Origin: Actinomycetota bacterium
Lineage (GTDB): Bacteria; Actinomycetota; AC-67
Direction: 5' to 3'
NCBI GenBank assembly: GCA_005884515.1
Contig: VAWS01000002.1
Span: forward strand, 1 to 37,882
DNA length: 37,882 nt
Below, in pieces: positions 29,442 through 37,882 of this stretch. The notes under the pieces were generated by a model. The model saw nothing but the letters and a program-made list of their open reading frames with translations, was not told where the DNA came from and did no database searches. The stretch's first letter is position 1. Every line of letters starts with the position of its first letter. The translations under genes were made by a program, and so were the position numbers.

Positions 29442-31168
29442 TCAGGGCTGCTTCGGGGTCTTCGATTTCGTCGGCAGCACCGCAGGCGTCGCCGCGGGGG
29501 ACGGCGATGCGGTCGGCGACGGCTTGGGCTTCGGCAAGGCGTGCGCGCGCATCTCGCCGATCGAGGGACCACCGGGCAGCGGTGCAGTCGGCGCGATCCC
29601 GAGATGCGCCAGTGAGTACTGCATGATCTGCTTGAAGACCGGCGCTGCCGTCGCCGCGGCGACACGCGGCGTCGGGTTGTACAGCTGCACGAGCGTGACG
29701 AGACGCGCATCGTCCGCCGGTGCCAGGCCGACGAAGGTCGTGATCAAGTTCGTCGAGTAACCACGCGCGTGCAGGTTCGGTACGCGCGCGGTTCCGGTCT
29801 TGCCGGCGACAAGGTACCCGGGGATCTGCGCGCGCGTCCCGGTTCCGTCTTCGACCACGCCGACGAGCATCCCGCGGACCTGGGCCGCGACGAAGGGGCT
29901 GACGACGCGGCGGCTCGGCGACGGCGGTGCCGGCGTCAGCGCCCCGTCGGGTTGCACCACCCCGCGGACGAGACGCGGCTGCACCTGAACACCGTCGTTC
30001 GCGATCGTCGCGTACACCATCGCCATCTGCAGCGGCGTGACGGCGATCCCTTGGCCGATCGGGATCGTCGCGAGGCTCGTCTCGTACCACTGGTCGTACG
30101 GGAGTGTGACGCCCGCCGACTCGCCCGGGAACCCGACGCCGGTCGGGCGCCCGTATCCGTACCGGTTGAGCATGTCGTAGATGCGCCGCTTCCCGACCTT
30201 GATCGCAACCTCGATCGTCCCGATGTTCGACGACTCAGCGATCGCGTCCGCGTACGTGCGGCCTCGATCGCGGCCGACGCAGTGATCACCTTGTTCACCG
30301 ATCCCGGCTCGTACGCGTCTGTGACGATGCGGTTGCGCATCTCGGCCGGCGTCGCTGTGCCGAAGTTGTTCGGGTTCAGCGCCGGCCAGTTCGCCATCGC
30401 CAGCACGTCGCCGGTCTTCGCGTCCAGCACGACGGCCGTACCGTTCTGCGCTCCAGTCGCGCGCGCACCGCGCGCGAGGGCCTGCTCGGCGTAAAACTGG
30501 ATGTCCCGGTCGATCGTCGTCTGGATCCCATTGCCGTTGACCGGATCGACGATGGAGTTGCGGCCTTGCGGGATCGCGCGGCCTTGCGGGTCGTGCTCGA
30601 TGACCTGTTTGCCCGGGGTGCCGGAAAGGACCTTGTTGTACATCGACTCGAGCCCCGAGAGCCCGACGTTGTCGACGTTCACGAAGCCGAGCACTTGCCC
30701 GGCAAGGTCGTTCGACGGGTACGTGCGCGCCGTTTCGTCCAACGCGCCGACGTACGGGATCCGTAGGGCGAGCACCCGTTCGGCGACGTCGACCGGCACC
30801 TTGCGTGCGAGGTACACGAAGCCGGCCTGCTGGCTCAGCTTCGCCGTCAGCGTCTTCACGTCGATGCCGAGGATCGGCGAGATCTTCGTCGCGGCACCGG
30901 CCGGGTCGGTGATGCGCTGGGCGTCGGCGTAGAGCGCGCGCGCATCCGAGGAGACCGCCAGGGGGACCATGTTCCGGTCGAAGATCGCTCCCCGCTGGGC
31001 GGGAAGCTCGATCGTGCTTATCCGCTGCTGCAGGCCGAGCGAGTCGAGGGGTGCCGCCCGGACGATCTGGAGCATGACGAGCCGGACCGCGACCGACGCG
31101 AAGAGAAGCGTAAAGATGAAGAGAAGAACGACGAGCCGTAGAGCGGGCCGGGTGCCGCGACGACGCAC
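29442..31168 (-). CDS. ftsI: Penicillin-binding protein FtsI, interrupted near 30258 (deletion and frameshift)
   Basis: TM helix, RG.IFDRN, YEPGSVNK (SxxK); second frame ESSNIG (SxN), IGQG, AGKTGTA (KTG). Confidence 0.94.
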
Positions 31169-31179
31169 GCGGCCCCCCT

Positions 31180-31581
31180 CTACCTCCCCTCCCGGGTTTG
31201 GGAGGGGCCGCTCCGAGTGGACGGTGGGGTGAGAACGACGACGCCGGGCGCCGGGACCATGCCCATCTGCTGCGCGCGCGTCGCGATCCTGTCAGGCGAG
31301 GCCAGCCTGGCGACCTCGAGCTCCAGCTGCTCGGTCGTGAGGCGCTTCGCCTGCACGGCGTTCTCGAGGCTCGACTGGCGGAATGCCGCTTGGCCGAGGA
31401 AGACCTGCGCCACGACGAGCGCGAACAGCGCCATGCCGGTCGCCGTCAGGGCCAGGACGATGAACAACGTTGGGGGGCGCCGGCCCGGCGCCGGGCGGCC
31501 GCGCACCACACGAAGGTGACGGGGTCGCTCCGGCGCCGGGACCGGTCGCCTGGGGCTTGTTGCCGTCCGTGGAGGCGTCAC
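31180..31581 (-). CDS. ftsL: Cell division protein FtsL
   Basis: Basic N-terminus, TM helix, coiled coil, L.SPDRI...A.QMGM; located between rsmH and ftsI. Confidence 0.85.
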   Translation of the reverse strand: MTPPRTATSPRRPVPAPERPRHLRVVRGRPAPGRRPPTLFIVLALTATGMALFALVVAQVFLGQAAFRQSSLENAVQAKRLTTEQLELEVARLASPDRIATRAQQMGMVPAPGVVVLTPPSTRSGPSQTREGR

Positions 31582-32522
31582 GCGGCGGAGCCTCCCGGCG
31601 GACCATCGGGCTCGGGCGGCGCTGCGAGCCGTTCCGCCGCGCGCAGCCGTGCCGCCGACGCGCGCGGGTTGCGCGCGATCTCCTCTTCCGAAGGGCGCTC
31701 GGGCTTCCGGGTCAGCAACCGCAGGCGGGGCGCCTCGCCGCTCGCCTCCTCGCGCATGAACCGCTTGACCAAGCGGTCTTCGCCGGAGTGGTAGGACAGC
31801 GCGACGAGGCGCCCGCCTGGAGAAAGCTCCGCGGATGCCTGCGGGAGGGAAGCTTGGATCGCCTCGAGCTCCTTGTTGACCTCAAGGCGGAGTGCTTGAA
31901 AGGTGCGGCGCGCCGGGTGCGGCCCTACCCGACGCGCCGCTGAAGGGACCGCGGCGCGGATGACCTCGACCAAATCCCCTGTGGTCGCGATCGGCCGGCG
32001 CTTCCGCGCCGCTACGATGAACTCTGCGATGCGCGACGCCCACCGCTCTTCGCCGTACGAGCGGATGACGCGCGCGAGCTGCCGCTCGTCGTAGGTGTTC
32101 ACAACGTCGTAGGCGCTGAGCGGCGCCGTTGTATCCATCCGCATGTCGAGCGGAGCGTCGTGCTGGTAGCTAAAGCCGCGCTCCGGCCGGTCGACGTGCA
32201 TCGAGGACAGCCCGAAGTCGTAAACGACGGCGTCGCTCGGACCCCAGCCGGACTGGGTCACGATCTCCCCCAACTCCGCGAAGTTCCCGTGCACCAGCCG
32301 AACCTGGTCCCCGAACGACGCGAGCCGATCGGCGGCCAGGCGGAGGGCATCCGGGTCGCGATCGATGCCGAGCAGCCTGCCAGTGGGCCCCAGAGCCCGG
32401 AGGAGCGCCGCCGCGTGCCCACCCGCGCCGACGGTGCAGTCGATGACGGAACGCGCACCCGGCGACGGCACGGCGTACCGGACGACGGCTTCTGCGAGGA
32501 CCGGAACATGCGGCTCATCCAC
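31578..32522 (-). CDS. rsmH: 16S rRNA (C1402-N4) methyltransferase RsmH
   Basis: HVPVL, DCTVGAGGHA, GIDRD, D.GLSSM..D..ERGFS, PLDMRM, FQALR..VN.EL, SYHSGEDR.VK, NPRA. Confidence 0.97.
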   Translation of the reverse strand: MDEPHVPVLAEAVVRYAVPSPGARSVIDCTVGAGGHAAALLRALGPTGRLLGIDRDPDALRLAADRLASFGDQVRLVHGNFAELGEIVTQSGWGPSDAVVYDFGLSSMHVDRPERGFSYQHDAPLDMRMDTTAPLSAYDVVNTYDERQLARVIRSYGEERWASRIAEFIVAARKRRPIATTGDLVEVIRAAVPSAARRVGPHPARRTFQALRLEVNKELEAIQASLPQASAELSPGGRLVALSYHSGEDRLVKRFMREEASGEAPRLRLLTRKPERPSEEEIARNPRASAARLRAAERLAAPPEPDGPPGGSAA

Positions 32523-32532
32523 CCCTCCCCCG

Positions 32533-32697
32533 TCATCGCGTCCCGGCGAACAAGCGCACGGCGATCGCACCGAGACCGATGAACGCGCTCATGCTCGACA
32601 GCATCAGCACGATCAAGAGCAAGCTTTCGCGGAGCTCCTTCACCGGCTTGAAGCCGTCCTCGGGGACGCGGGGTTCCCCCATCGGTGCCTGCTCCAC
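32533..32697 (-). CDS. Small 54-aa membrane protein between mraZ and rsmH (not in ORF track)
   Basis: GTG start after GGGGGAG: MEQAPMGEPRVPEDGFKPVKELRESLLLIVLMLSSMSAFIGLGAIAVRLFAGTR*. Fills the gap and stops just before the rsmH RBS. Confidence 0.7.
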   Translation of the reverse strand: MEQAPMGEPRVPEDGFKPVKELRESLLLIVLMLSSMSAFIGLGAIAVRLFAGTR

Positions 32698-32731
32698 AAA
32701 CGCTCCCCCTACCTAGCTGGCTTCGTTGCTG

Positions 32732-33163
32732 TTAGAACGGCAGGTCAGGGTTGGACTCAGAGAGGTCGGCGTAGTTCGGCAGTCCTTCCGAGAGGCGCTG
32801 GGCCCACGCGGTTCGGGACCAGATCTCCGCGAACTCCCCTCGGCCGGTCACCGTGACCTCGCGCTCGAGGCCCGCGTATTCCCGAAGGTGCTCGGGAACG
32901 GTGATCCTGCCTTGCTTGTCCGGCTCCTCCTCGACCGCCGAGGCGTACCAGATCCGAAGGAAGTCCCTCACCTGACGGTTCGACTGACTCGACTCCCGCA
33001 ACCGAGCGGAAACGCTCTCCCACTCCTGCGGCGGGTACACCGCGAGACACTTGTCGAGACCGCGGGTGAGGACGCAGCCGTCTGCTAGAAGCCCGCGGAA
33101 CTTCGAGGGGAGGATGATTCTCCCCTTGGCATCCAGCGAGTGCTGGTACTCCCCCAGGAACAC
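32732..33163 (-). CDS. mraZ: Transcriptional regulator MraZ
   Basis: MFLGEYQHSLDAKGRIILPSKFR, DKQGRI.VP..LREYAGL, EIW. Confidence 0.98.
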   Translation of the reverse strand: MFLGEYQHSLDAKGRIILPSKFRGLLADGCVLTRGLDKCLAVYPPQEWESVSARLRESSQSNRQVRDFLRIWYASAVEEEPDKQGRITVPEHLREYAGLEREVTVTGRGEFAEIWSRTAWAQRLSEGLPNYADLSESNPDLPF

Positions 33164-33172
33164 TTCGGCGCT

Positions 33173-33224
33173 CTACCATCCACCACTTGGCGCCACTCTA
33201 CTCCACTGATGAATCGAGCGTCAA
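33173..33224 (-). promoter_or_regulatory. dcw promoter (TTGACG-18-TAGAGT) overlapped by MraZ boxes
   Basis: AGTGG at 33207-03, 33197-93 and 33187-83 (exact 10-bp period), plus a degenerate GGTAG at 33177-73. Matches the known GTGG repeats bound by MraZ. Confidence 0.85.
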
Positions 33225-33319
33225 GAGTTCCCGCACGTCGGCAATGACTAATTTAGAACAGGACTGTTAAGAACTGTTGCAGGTGGGAGTGGATAGCCCG
33301 GACGGGTGTGGCCCGCCGA

Positions 33320-33853
33320 TCAGGCGGGGGCCGGTGCGGGGTGCGGAGCCGGGTGCGCGTGGCCGCCGTTGAGGTACGGCTCCCACTTGGGATCGACGTG
33401 GCCGACGGCGACGATGATCCAGATCTTCTCCCGCGGAGCAGCCGGCTTGCTCCGCAGCCGCATCCCCGCTTCCGACGGGAGGCGATTCTCCTTGCGCGTG
33501 TTGCACGCCTTGCACGCGGCCACGACGTTCTCCCACGTGTGCGTGCCTCCGCGCGATCGCGGGATCACGTGGTCAACGTTCTCTGCGCCCGCACCGCAGT
33601 ACTGGCACTGGAACGAGTCTCGGACGAACACCGCACGCCGGGACAAGCTGGCACGAGCGCGATACGGCACCCGAACGAAGTACTTGAGCCGGATGACGGA
33701 TGGGATCGGAACGGTCATGCGCTCGGAGTGATAGGACCCGCCGTCCTGATGGACGAGCTCAGCCTTGTGCTTGAGGACGAGGACCAGCGCCCGCCGCGCG
33801 CTTACGACGCAGAGCGGCTCGAACGTTGCGTTGAGGACGAGGGCTCTTCCCAA
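33320..33853 (-). CDS. HNH endonuclease family protein
   Basis: ALVLNATFEPL, PSVIRL, RD.FQCQYCG, DHVIPRSRGG.HTWENVVAACKACNTRK. TTG start after GGGGAGG. Confidence 0.92.
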   Translation of the reverse strand: MGRALVLNATFEPLCVVSARRALVLVLKHKAELVHQDGGSYHSERMTVPIPSVIRLKYFVRVPYRARASLSRRAVFVRDSFQCQYCGAGAENVDHVIPRSRGGTHTWENVVAACKACNTRKENRLPSEAGMRLRSKPAAPREKIWIIVAVGHVDPKWEPYLNGGHAHPAPHPAPAPA

Positions 33854-33962
33854 CTGACGGTCCTCCCCCACGCTGCCGCATGGTTGGGAGAAGTATAGAG
33901 GAGGGGAACCACCAGCGCGCGCGACTCAGGGTGAACGGTAAGCGCGGAGGGACGGTGCTCGG

Positions 33963-34481
33963 CTACGCCCGCCGGCGGCGGCGCTTCGCGGGCTCCGCCT
34001 CATCGCGCAGCTCTTGCTCCGCGGCGCGAAGAGTGCGAACGAACTGGTCGCGATCCCGAAGGAATTCACTCACGCCCTGGTCGACCTCGCCGGCGAGCTC
34101 GTCGATTGCTACGAAGAAGGTCATCTGACCCTGCTGCAGGGCGTCGATGATGTCGCCGTCCGTCTTGCAGATCTTGAAGATGCTCTGTCCATCGGTGACG
34201 AGCTTGACCCCGGAGAGATGCTCGTCCAGGCCGGCGCTTCCGCGCAGGTACTCGAACGCGCGCCGCACGCGCTGCAAGGACATGCCGCCTTCGAGCAGCG
34301 AGTTGACGACCTTCAACGCGACGAGATCGCGGAACGAATACAGCCTTCGAACGCCAGGTCGGCCTCCCGTCGCTTGTACGGACGGCTTGACGAGCCCGAT
34401 CTTGTCCCAATAGCGAAGCTGGTTGCCGGTGCAGGCAGTGAACCGCCCAGCCTGAAGCGAAGTGAATCCTTCCACTGGCAC
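33963..34481 (-). CDS. MerR family regulator, Rv1830/McdR-like
   Basis: QLRYWDKIGLVKPSV..TGG..RRLYSFRDLV.LKVV..LL..GMSLQ.VR.A..YLR...LVTDG.SI...IIDAL..GQ. Confidence 0.85.
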   Translation of the reverse strand: MPVEGFTSLQAGRFTACTGNQLRYWDKIGLVKPSVQATGGRPGVRRLYSFRDLVALKVVNSLLEGGMSLQRVRRAFEYLRGSAGLDEHLSGVKLVTDGQSIFKICKTDGDIIDALQQGQMTFFVAIDELAGEVDQGVSEFLRDRDQFVRTLRAAEQELRDEAEPAKRRRRRA

Positions 34482-34537
34482 GATCCCTGCGCGAGTTTAA
34501 AAAAAGTTGGTTGAACGACCTGGGGGGAAGAGCCTCT

Positions 34538-34567
34538 GTTGTACGGCACCGGTGACCGGAAAGGCAA
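34538..34567 (-). promoter_or_regulatory. Putative promoter of the MerR gene (TTGCCT-18-TACAAC), with spacer palindrome CCGGTnACCGG
   Basis: -35 at 34567-62, -10 at 34543-38, palindrome at 34549-34559; T8 tracts lie upstream. Confidence 0.5.
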
Positions 34568-34652
34568 GACAGTGAAGAGTTTTTTTTAGGAAACTTTTTT
34601 TTCCACAAGCGCGCAGCGTTCGGCAGGACAAATGAACGCTGTAACGACGTGT

Positions 34653-35018
34653 TCAGCCGTCGTCGCGCTCGAAGCGCTTGCGCCAACGTTCTTCGGCGCG
34701 GCCGAAGCACGATGGGCCCTCTTGCCGGGACCTCGGGGAGACGGGACCGATGTCCCGCGACGCGCGCGCGATCACGAACAGCGCGATCAACATAACGACG
34801 AAGCCGGCGATGCCCAGCTGCTCGGTGAGAGAGGTGACGAGACCGGCGATCATGAGCACGAATCCCGCGATGAACACCAACGAGGCGCGCTTGATGCGCT
34901 TGATGGCGATGCCGCGAGGGGTCGCCGCGCTCGTCGAGCGCGCGAATTTCGGATCCTCGGCCGCGAGCCGTGCCTCGATCTCGTCGAGGATCTTCTGTTC
35001 GTGATCCGATAGGGGCAT
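34653..35018 (-). CDS. DUF3040 family membrane protein
   Basis: MPLSDHEQKILDEIEARLAAEDPKFA, two TM helices, EERWRKRFE. TATAAT at 35052-47. Confidence 0.92.
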   Translation of the reverse strand: MPLSDHEQKILDEIEARLAAEDPKFARSTSAATPRGIAIKRIKRASLVFIAGFVLMIAGLVTSLTEQLGIAGFVVMLIALFVIARASRDIGPVSPRSRQEGPSCFGRAEERWRKRFERDDG

Positions 35019-35088
35019 GCGATCTCCAGCAACGACCTCGCCATGAATTATAGGAGCGGCGCAATCGCCCTCACAAGGAGTATCGGCC

Positions 35089-35868
35089 TCAGCGCGCCTC
35101 GAAATGAGGCTCACGCTTTTGTACGCGTGCCGCTACAGCCTCGATGAAGTCCGACGACGCCAGGATACGCCGTTGCGCCGTCGCCTCGCGGTCGAGTCCC
35201 TCTCGAACCGGCGCATCGAACGCGCTGTTCATCAGCCGCTTGATGGCGGCCAGCGCGAGCGGCGGCCCCGCGGCCAGCTCGCGCGCCCACTCCGTCGCGC
35301 TCTGCAGGTGCGTCCCGGCGGCCACGACCTTATTCACAAGCCCCATCTGCAGAGCCTCGTCCGCCCCGACGCGGCGGGCAGTCATCGCCAGCTCCTTGGC
35401 TCTCCCCAGACCGATCAGGCGCGGGAGCCGCTGCGTGCCGCCGAGGTCGGGCAGGATCCCCCATCGAACCTCCATCACGCTCAGCTCCGTGTCGTCCGCG
35501 GCCACTCGGAAGTCACAGGCGATCGCAAGCTGAAGGCCGGCGCCGAACGTCGGCCCAGCGATCGCGGCGATCGTCGGCTTGGCGACCTTCTCGAAGACGG
35601 TGAACGACGACTGCAGTCCGCCGATGTCGATCCCCGACGGGCTCCCGTTGTTGCCGGAAGTGAACACGCTGGTATCGATGCCGCTCGAGAAGTTCGATCC
35701 GTCGCCCGTCACGACGACGGCGCGCACGGACCGATCCGCGCCCGCGCGCGCGCCGGCCTCGGCCAGCGCGGCGAAGACGTCCATGTCCATCGCGTTGCGC
35801 ACCTTTGGGCGCGCGATCGTGACGGTCGCGACCGAGCCCGACACCTCGTACCGAACCTTCTCATTCAT
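35089..35868 (-). CDS. Enoyl-CoA hydratase/isomerase family protein
   Basis: IARPKVRNAM, FSSGID, KPTIAAIAG...GAGLQLAIACDFR, E.RWGILPDLGGTQRLPRLIG. Confidence 0.92.
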   Translation of the reverse strand: MNEKVRYEVSGSVATVTIARPKVRNAMDMDVFAALAEAGARAGADRSVRAVVVTGDGSNFSSGIDTSVFTSGNNGSPSGIDIGGLQSSFTVFEKVAKPTIAAIAGPTFGAGLQLAIACDFRVAADDTELSVMEVRWGILPDLGGTQRLPRLIGLGRAKELAMTARRVGADEALQMGLVNKVVAAGTHLQSATEWARELAAGPPLALAAIKRLMNSAFDAPVREGLDREATAQRRILASSDFIEAVAARVQKREPHFEAR

Positions 35869-37123
35869 CTCGCGCCTCCCGTTCGTCCGGTCCTTCATCC
35901 CGTCGAGCAGCCCGTGGCCTCGGCTGTGCCACCGCAGCCCGCTCGACCGTGTCGCCGCCGTACCGTTCCCGGAGCCGGTCGACCGCACGGTCGGCCGCTC
36001 CCCACCGATCGGGTCGCTCGCCGATGCGAAGCTGCTCCGGACCCGAACCGGCGACGAGGCCGCTCGCCGCGACCCCGAGGAGCCGGATACGGGGCCGATG
36101 AAGCCGAAGCGATGCGTACAGGTCGCGCGCCGCTGCGTAGATCTTCGCCGCACCGTCGGTCGGCGCAGGCAGCGTACGCGAGCGGGTGATCGTTTTGAAA
36201 TCCGAGAAGCGCACCTTGATCGTGACCGTCCGCGCCGAGTGACCACCGCTACGGAGCCGCTGCGCGACGCGATCGGACAGGCGCAACAGCTCCCGACGGA
36301 TGTGCTCGAGCGCGTCGAGGTCGCGTTCGAAGGTCTGCTCGGCCGAGACCTGCTTCGCCGGCTCGTACGGGACGACGGCGCGGTCGTCCTCACCTTTCGC
36401 GAGCGCGAGCAAGTGCGCAGCCGGGCCGGGACCGAAAGCACGCTCGAGCACGCCGTCGGGCAACGCCACGATGTCGCCGACCGTCCGCACACCGAGACGG
36501 TCGAGCGCGGCCTCCGTCTGCTCGCCGACGCCCCACAGCGCGCCGCACGGAAGCGGGTCGAGGAACTCGTGGATCTTCTCGGCGGGAACGTGGACGACGC
36601 CGTCGGGCTTCGCGTGCTGGCTCGCGAGCTTCGCGAGGAACTTGTTCGGCGCGACGCCGACCGAGCACACCAACGATCGTTCGGAGCGGACGCGCGCGCG
36701 GATCTTCTCGGCGATCGCGACCGGCTCGCCGAACAGCCGCGTCGACCCGCCGACGTCGAGGAACGCTTCGTCGAGTGAGATCTGCTCGACGAGCGGCGTG
36801 AAGGAGAACAAGATCTGCAGGATCAGATCCGACTCCGCGCGGTACAGCGTGAAGTTGGGTGGAACGAAGATCAGGTTCGGGCACAGACGGCGCGCACGCA
36901 CGCCGGGCATCGCTGAGTGAACGCCGAACGCGCGCGCCTCGTAGGACGCCGCCATGACGACGCCGCGCGGACCGCCGCCGCCGACGGCGACCGGCTTCCC
37001 GGCGAGCGACTGATCTTCGCGGACTTCGACCGACGCGTAGAACGCGTCCATGTCGACGTGAAGGATCGGTTCGGTGACCGTCTCCCCTCCTATGCTCCGG
37101 CCGACCCTCCGCTCGCGTGCCAC
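35861..37123 (-). CDS. dinB: DNA polymerase IV (start uncertain)
   Basis: ILHVDMDAFYASVE, AASYEAR.FGV.SAM, SLDEAFLD, NKFLAKLAS..AKPDG, LWGVG, RLLGV. Confidence 0.96.
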   Translation of the reverse strand: MARERRVGRSIGGETVTEPILHVDMDAFYASVEVREDQSLAGKPVAVGGGGPRGVVMAASYEARAFGVHSAMPGVRARRLCPNLIFVPPNFTLYRAESDLILQILFSFTPLVEQISLDEAFLDVGGSTRLFGEPVAIAEKIRARVRSERSLVCSVGVAPNKFLAKLASQHAKPDGVVHVPAEKIHEFLDPLPCGALWGVGEQTEAALDRLGVRTVGDIVALPDGVLERAFGPGPAAHLLALAKGEDDRAVVPYEPAKQVSAEQTFERDLDALEHIRRELLRLSDRVAQRLRSGGHSARTVTIKVRFSDFKTITRSRTLPAPTDGAAKIYAAARDLYASLRLHRPRIRLLGVAASGLVAGSGPEQLRIGERPDRWGAADRAVDRLRERYGGDTVERAAVAQPRPRAARRDEGPDEREARDE

Positions 37124-37881
37124 AGCTTGCGCGGCGCGTCCGCGGCGCCATCCGAAGGCGCCGCGCGCGCCGGCATCGGTATCGCGCGCGCGGCGTGCTC
37201 GTGCGCGGGCACCGGCGCAGGCTTCCCGCGGTTACGACGCCGTTCGGCTTCCGCCGCCTCGATCTCTTCGACGCCTTCGGTCCACAGCGCGTCCACGTCG
37301 AGCGTCCCGTTTCGGTGCTGCTTCGCAAGATCGGCCAGGTTCCACGCGCGCTCGCAGTTGATCGACACTCCCCCGCGACCGGCTCCCGTCTTGCGCAGCG
37401 TTCCGCGGACGACGAGCAGCCACGAGTGGAACACCGTCCACGCGCAGTGCTCCTGCACGCTTTCGAAGATCGTCGCGTCGGACAGCGCGGTCCCGTCGTC
37501 CAGCGTCACGAAGATGATCCGCTGCCCCGAGCGAACCGCCGGCGTCTGCGACGCGACCTTCACCCCCGCGATCATCACGCGCGCGTTCTGACGGTGTCGC
37601 CGCAGGTGGTCGGCGCGCGTCACGTCCAGCGCGCGAAGCACGTCGGAGTAGAACGAGACGATGTGGCGCGAGACGTCCATCCCCGTGACCTCGACCTCCG
37701 CGCGCACCTTCTCCGCCTCGCTATACCCACGCAGCCCGAACGACGTGACCGGCTCGCGCACGCGTAGCTCCTGCTGCATCACTTCGGGCTTCGGCTCCTT
37801 CTTATCCCACAGCTCGTTGACGAACAGCAACATGTCGCGCCGTCCACCGAACTCGTCGAGCCCGCCGGCGTGGATCAGATT
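37090..37881 (-). CDS. dnaE2: Error-prone DNA polymerase DnaE2, C-terminal part (5' end outside window)
   Basis: E.EVTGMDVSRH, AGVKVASQTPAVRSGQRIIFVTLDDGT, C-terminal RKLWHASGGSAG typical of actinobacterial DnaE2. Confidence 0.9.
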   Translation of the reverse strand, partial: NLIHAGGLDEFGGRRDMLLFVNELWDKKEPKPEVMQQELRVREPVTSFGLRGYSEAEKVRAEVEVTGMDVSRHIVSFYSDVLRALDVTRADHLRRHRQNARVMIAGVKVASQTPAVRSGQRIIFVTLDDGTALSDATIFESVQEHCAWTVFHSWLLVVRGTLRKTGAGRGGVSINCERAWNLADLAKQHRNGTLDVDALWTEGVEEIEAAEAERRRNRGKPAPVPAHEHAARAIPMPARAAPSDGAADAPRKLWHASGGSAGA

Positions 37882-37882
37882 C

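Noticed and set aside
33320-33853. HNH gene as a homing endonuclease or defence system
   Set aside because: No intron, methylase or mobile context; it resembles the widespread stand-alone actinobacterial HNH family.

Overview
GC-rich actinobacterial chromosomal window, probably from a basal Actinomycetota lineage (murB inside the dcw cluster, no ftsA, dnaE2-dinB-DUF3040 upstream; inference). Most of it is a minus-strand housekeeping array: dnaE2(partial)-dinB-enoyl-CoA hydratase-DUF3040-MerR(Rv1830/McdR-like)-HNH-mraZ-small ORF-rsmH-ftsL-ftsI-murE-murF-mraY-murD-ftsW-murG-murC-murB-ftsQ-ftsZ-pgeF-yggS-sepF-yggT-divIVA-membrane protein. Next come ileS-ychF-like (plus strand) and dksA-lspA-rluD-dnaE-LuxR-like (minus strand). 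The left 3.6 kb is a redox module in which soxR is divergent from an SDR + QueA-like operon, with a textbook SoxR box. At least eight genes (DHFR-like, SDR, dnaE, rluD, lspA, murG, murE, ftsI) each lack one internal block, most likely because of collapsed assembly gaps. Best novelty candidates: the SoxR-controlled SDR/QueA-like operon, a YchF paralog with degenerate NTPase motifs coupled to ileS, an unannotated 54-aa membrane protein between mraZ and rsmH, a structured ftsZ leader with MerR-type sites, and missing canonical starts for yggT and dinB. No rRNA, tRNA, CRISPR or mobile element was seen.
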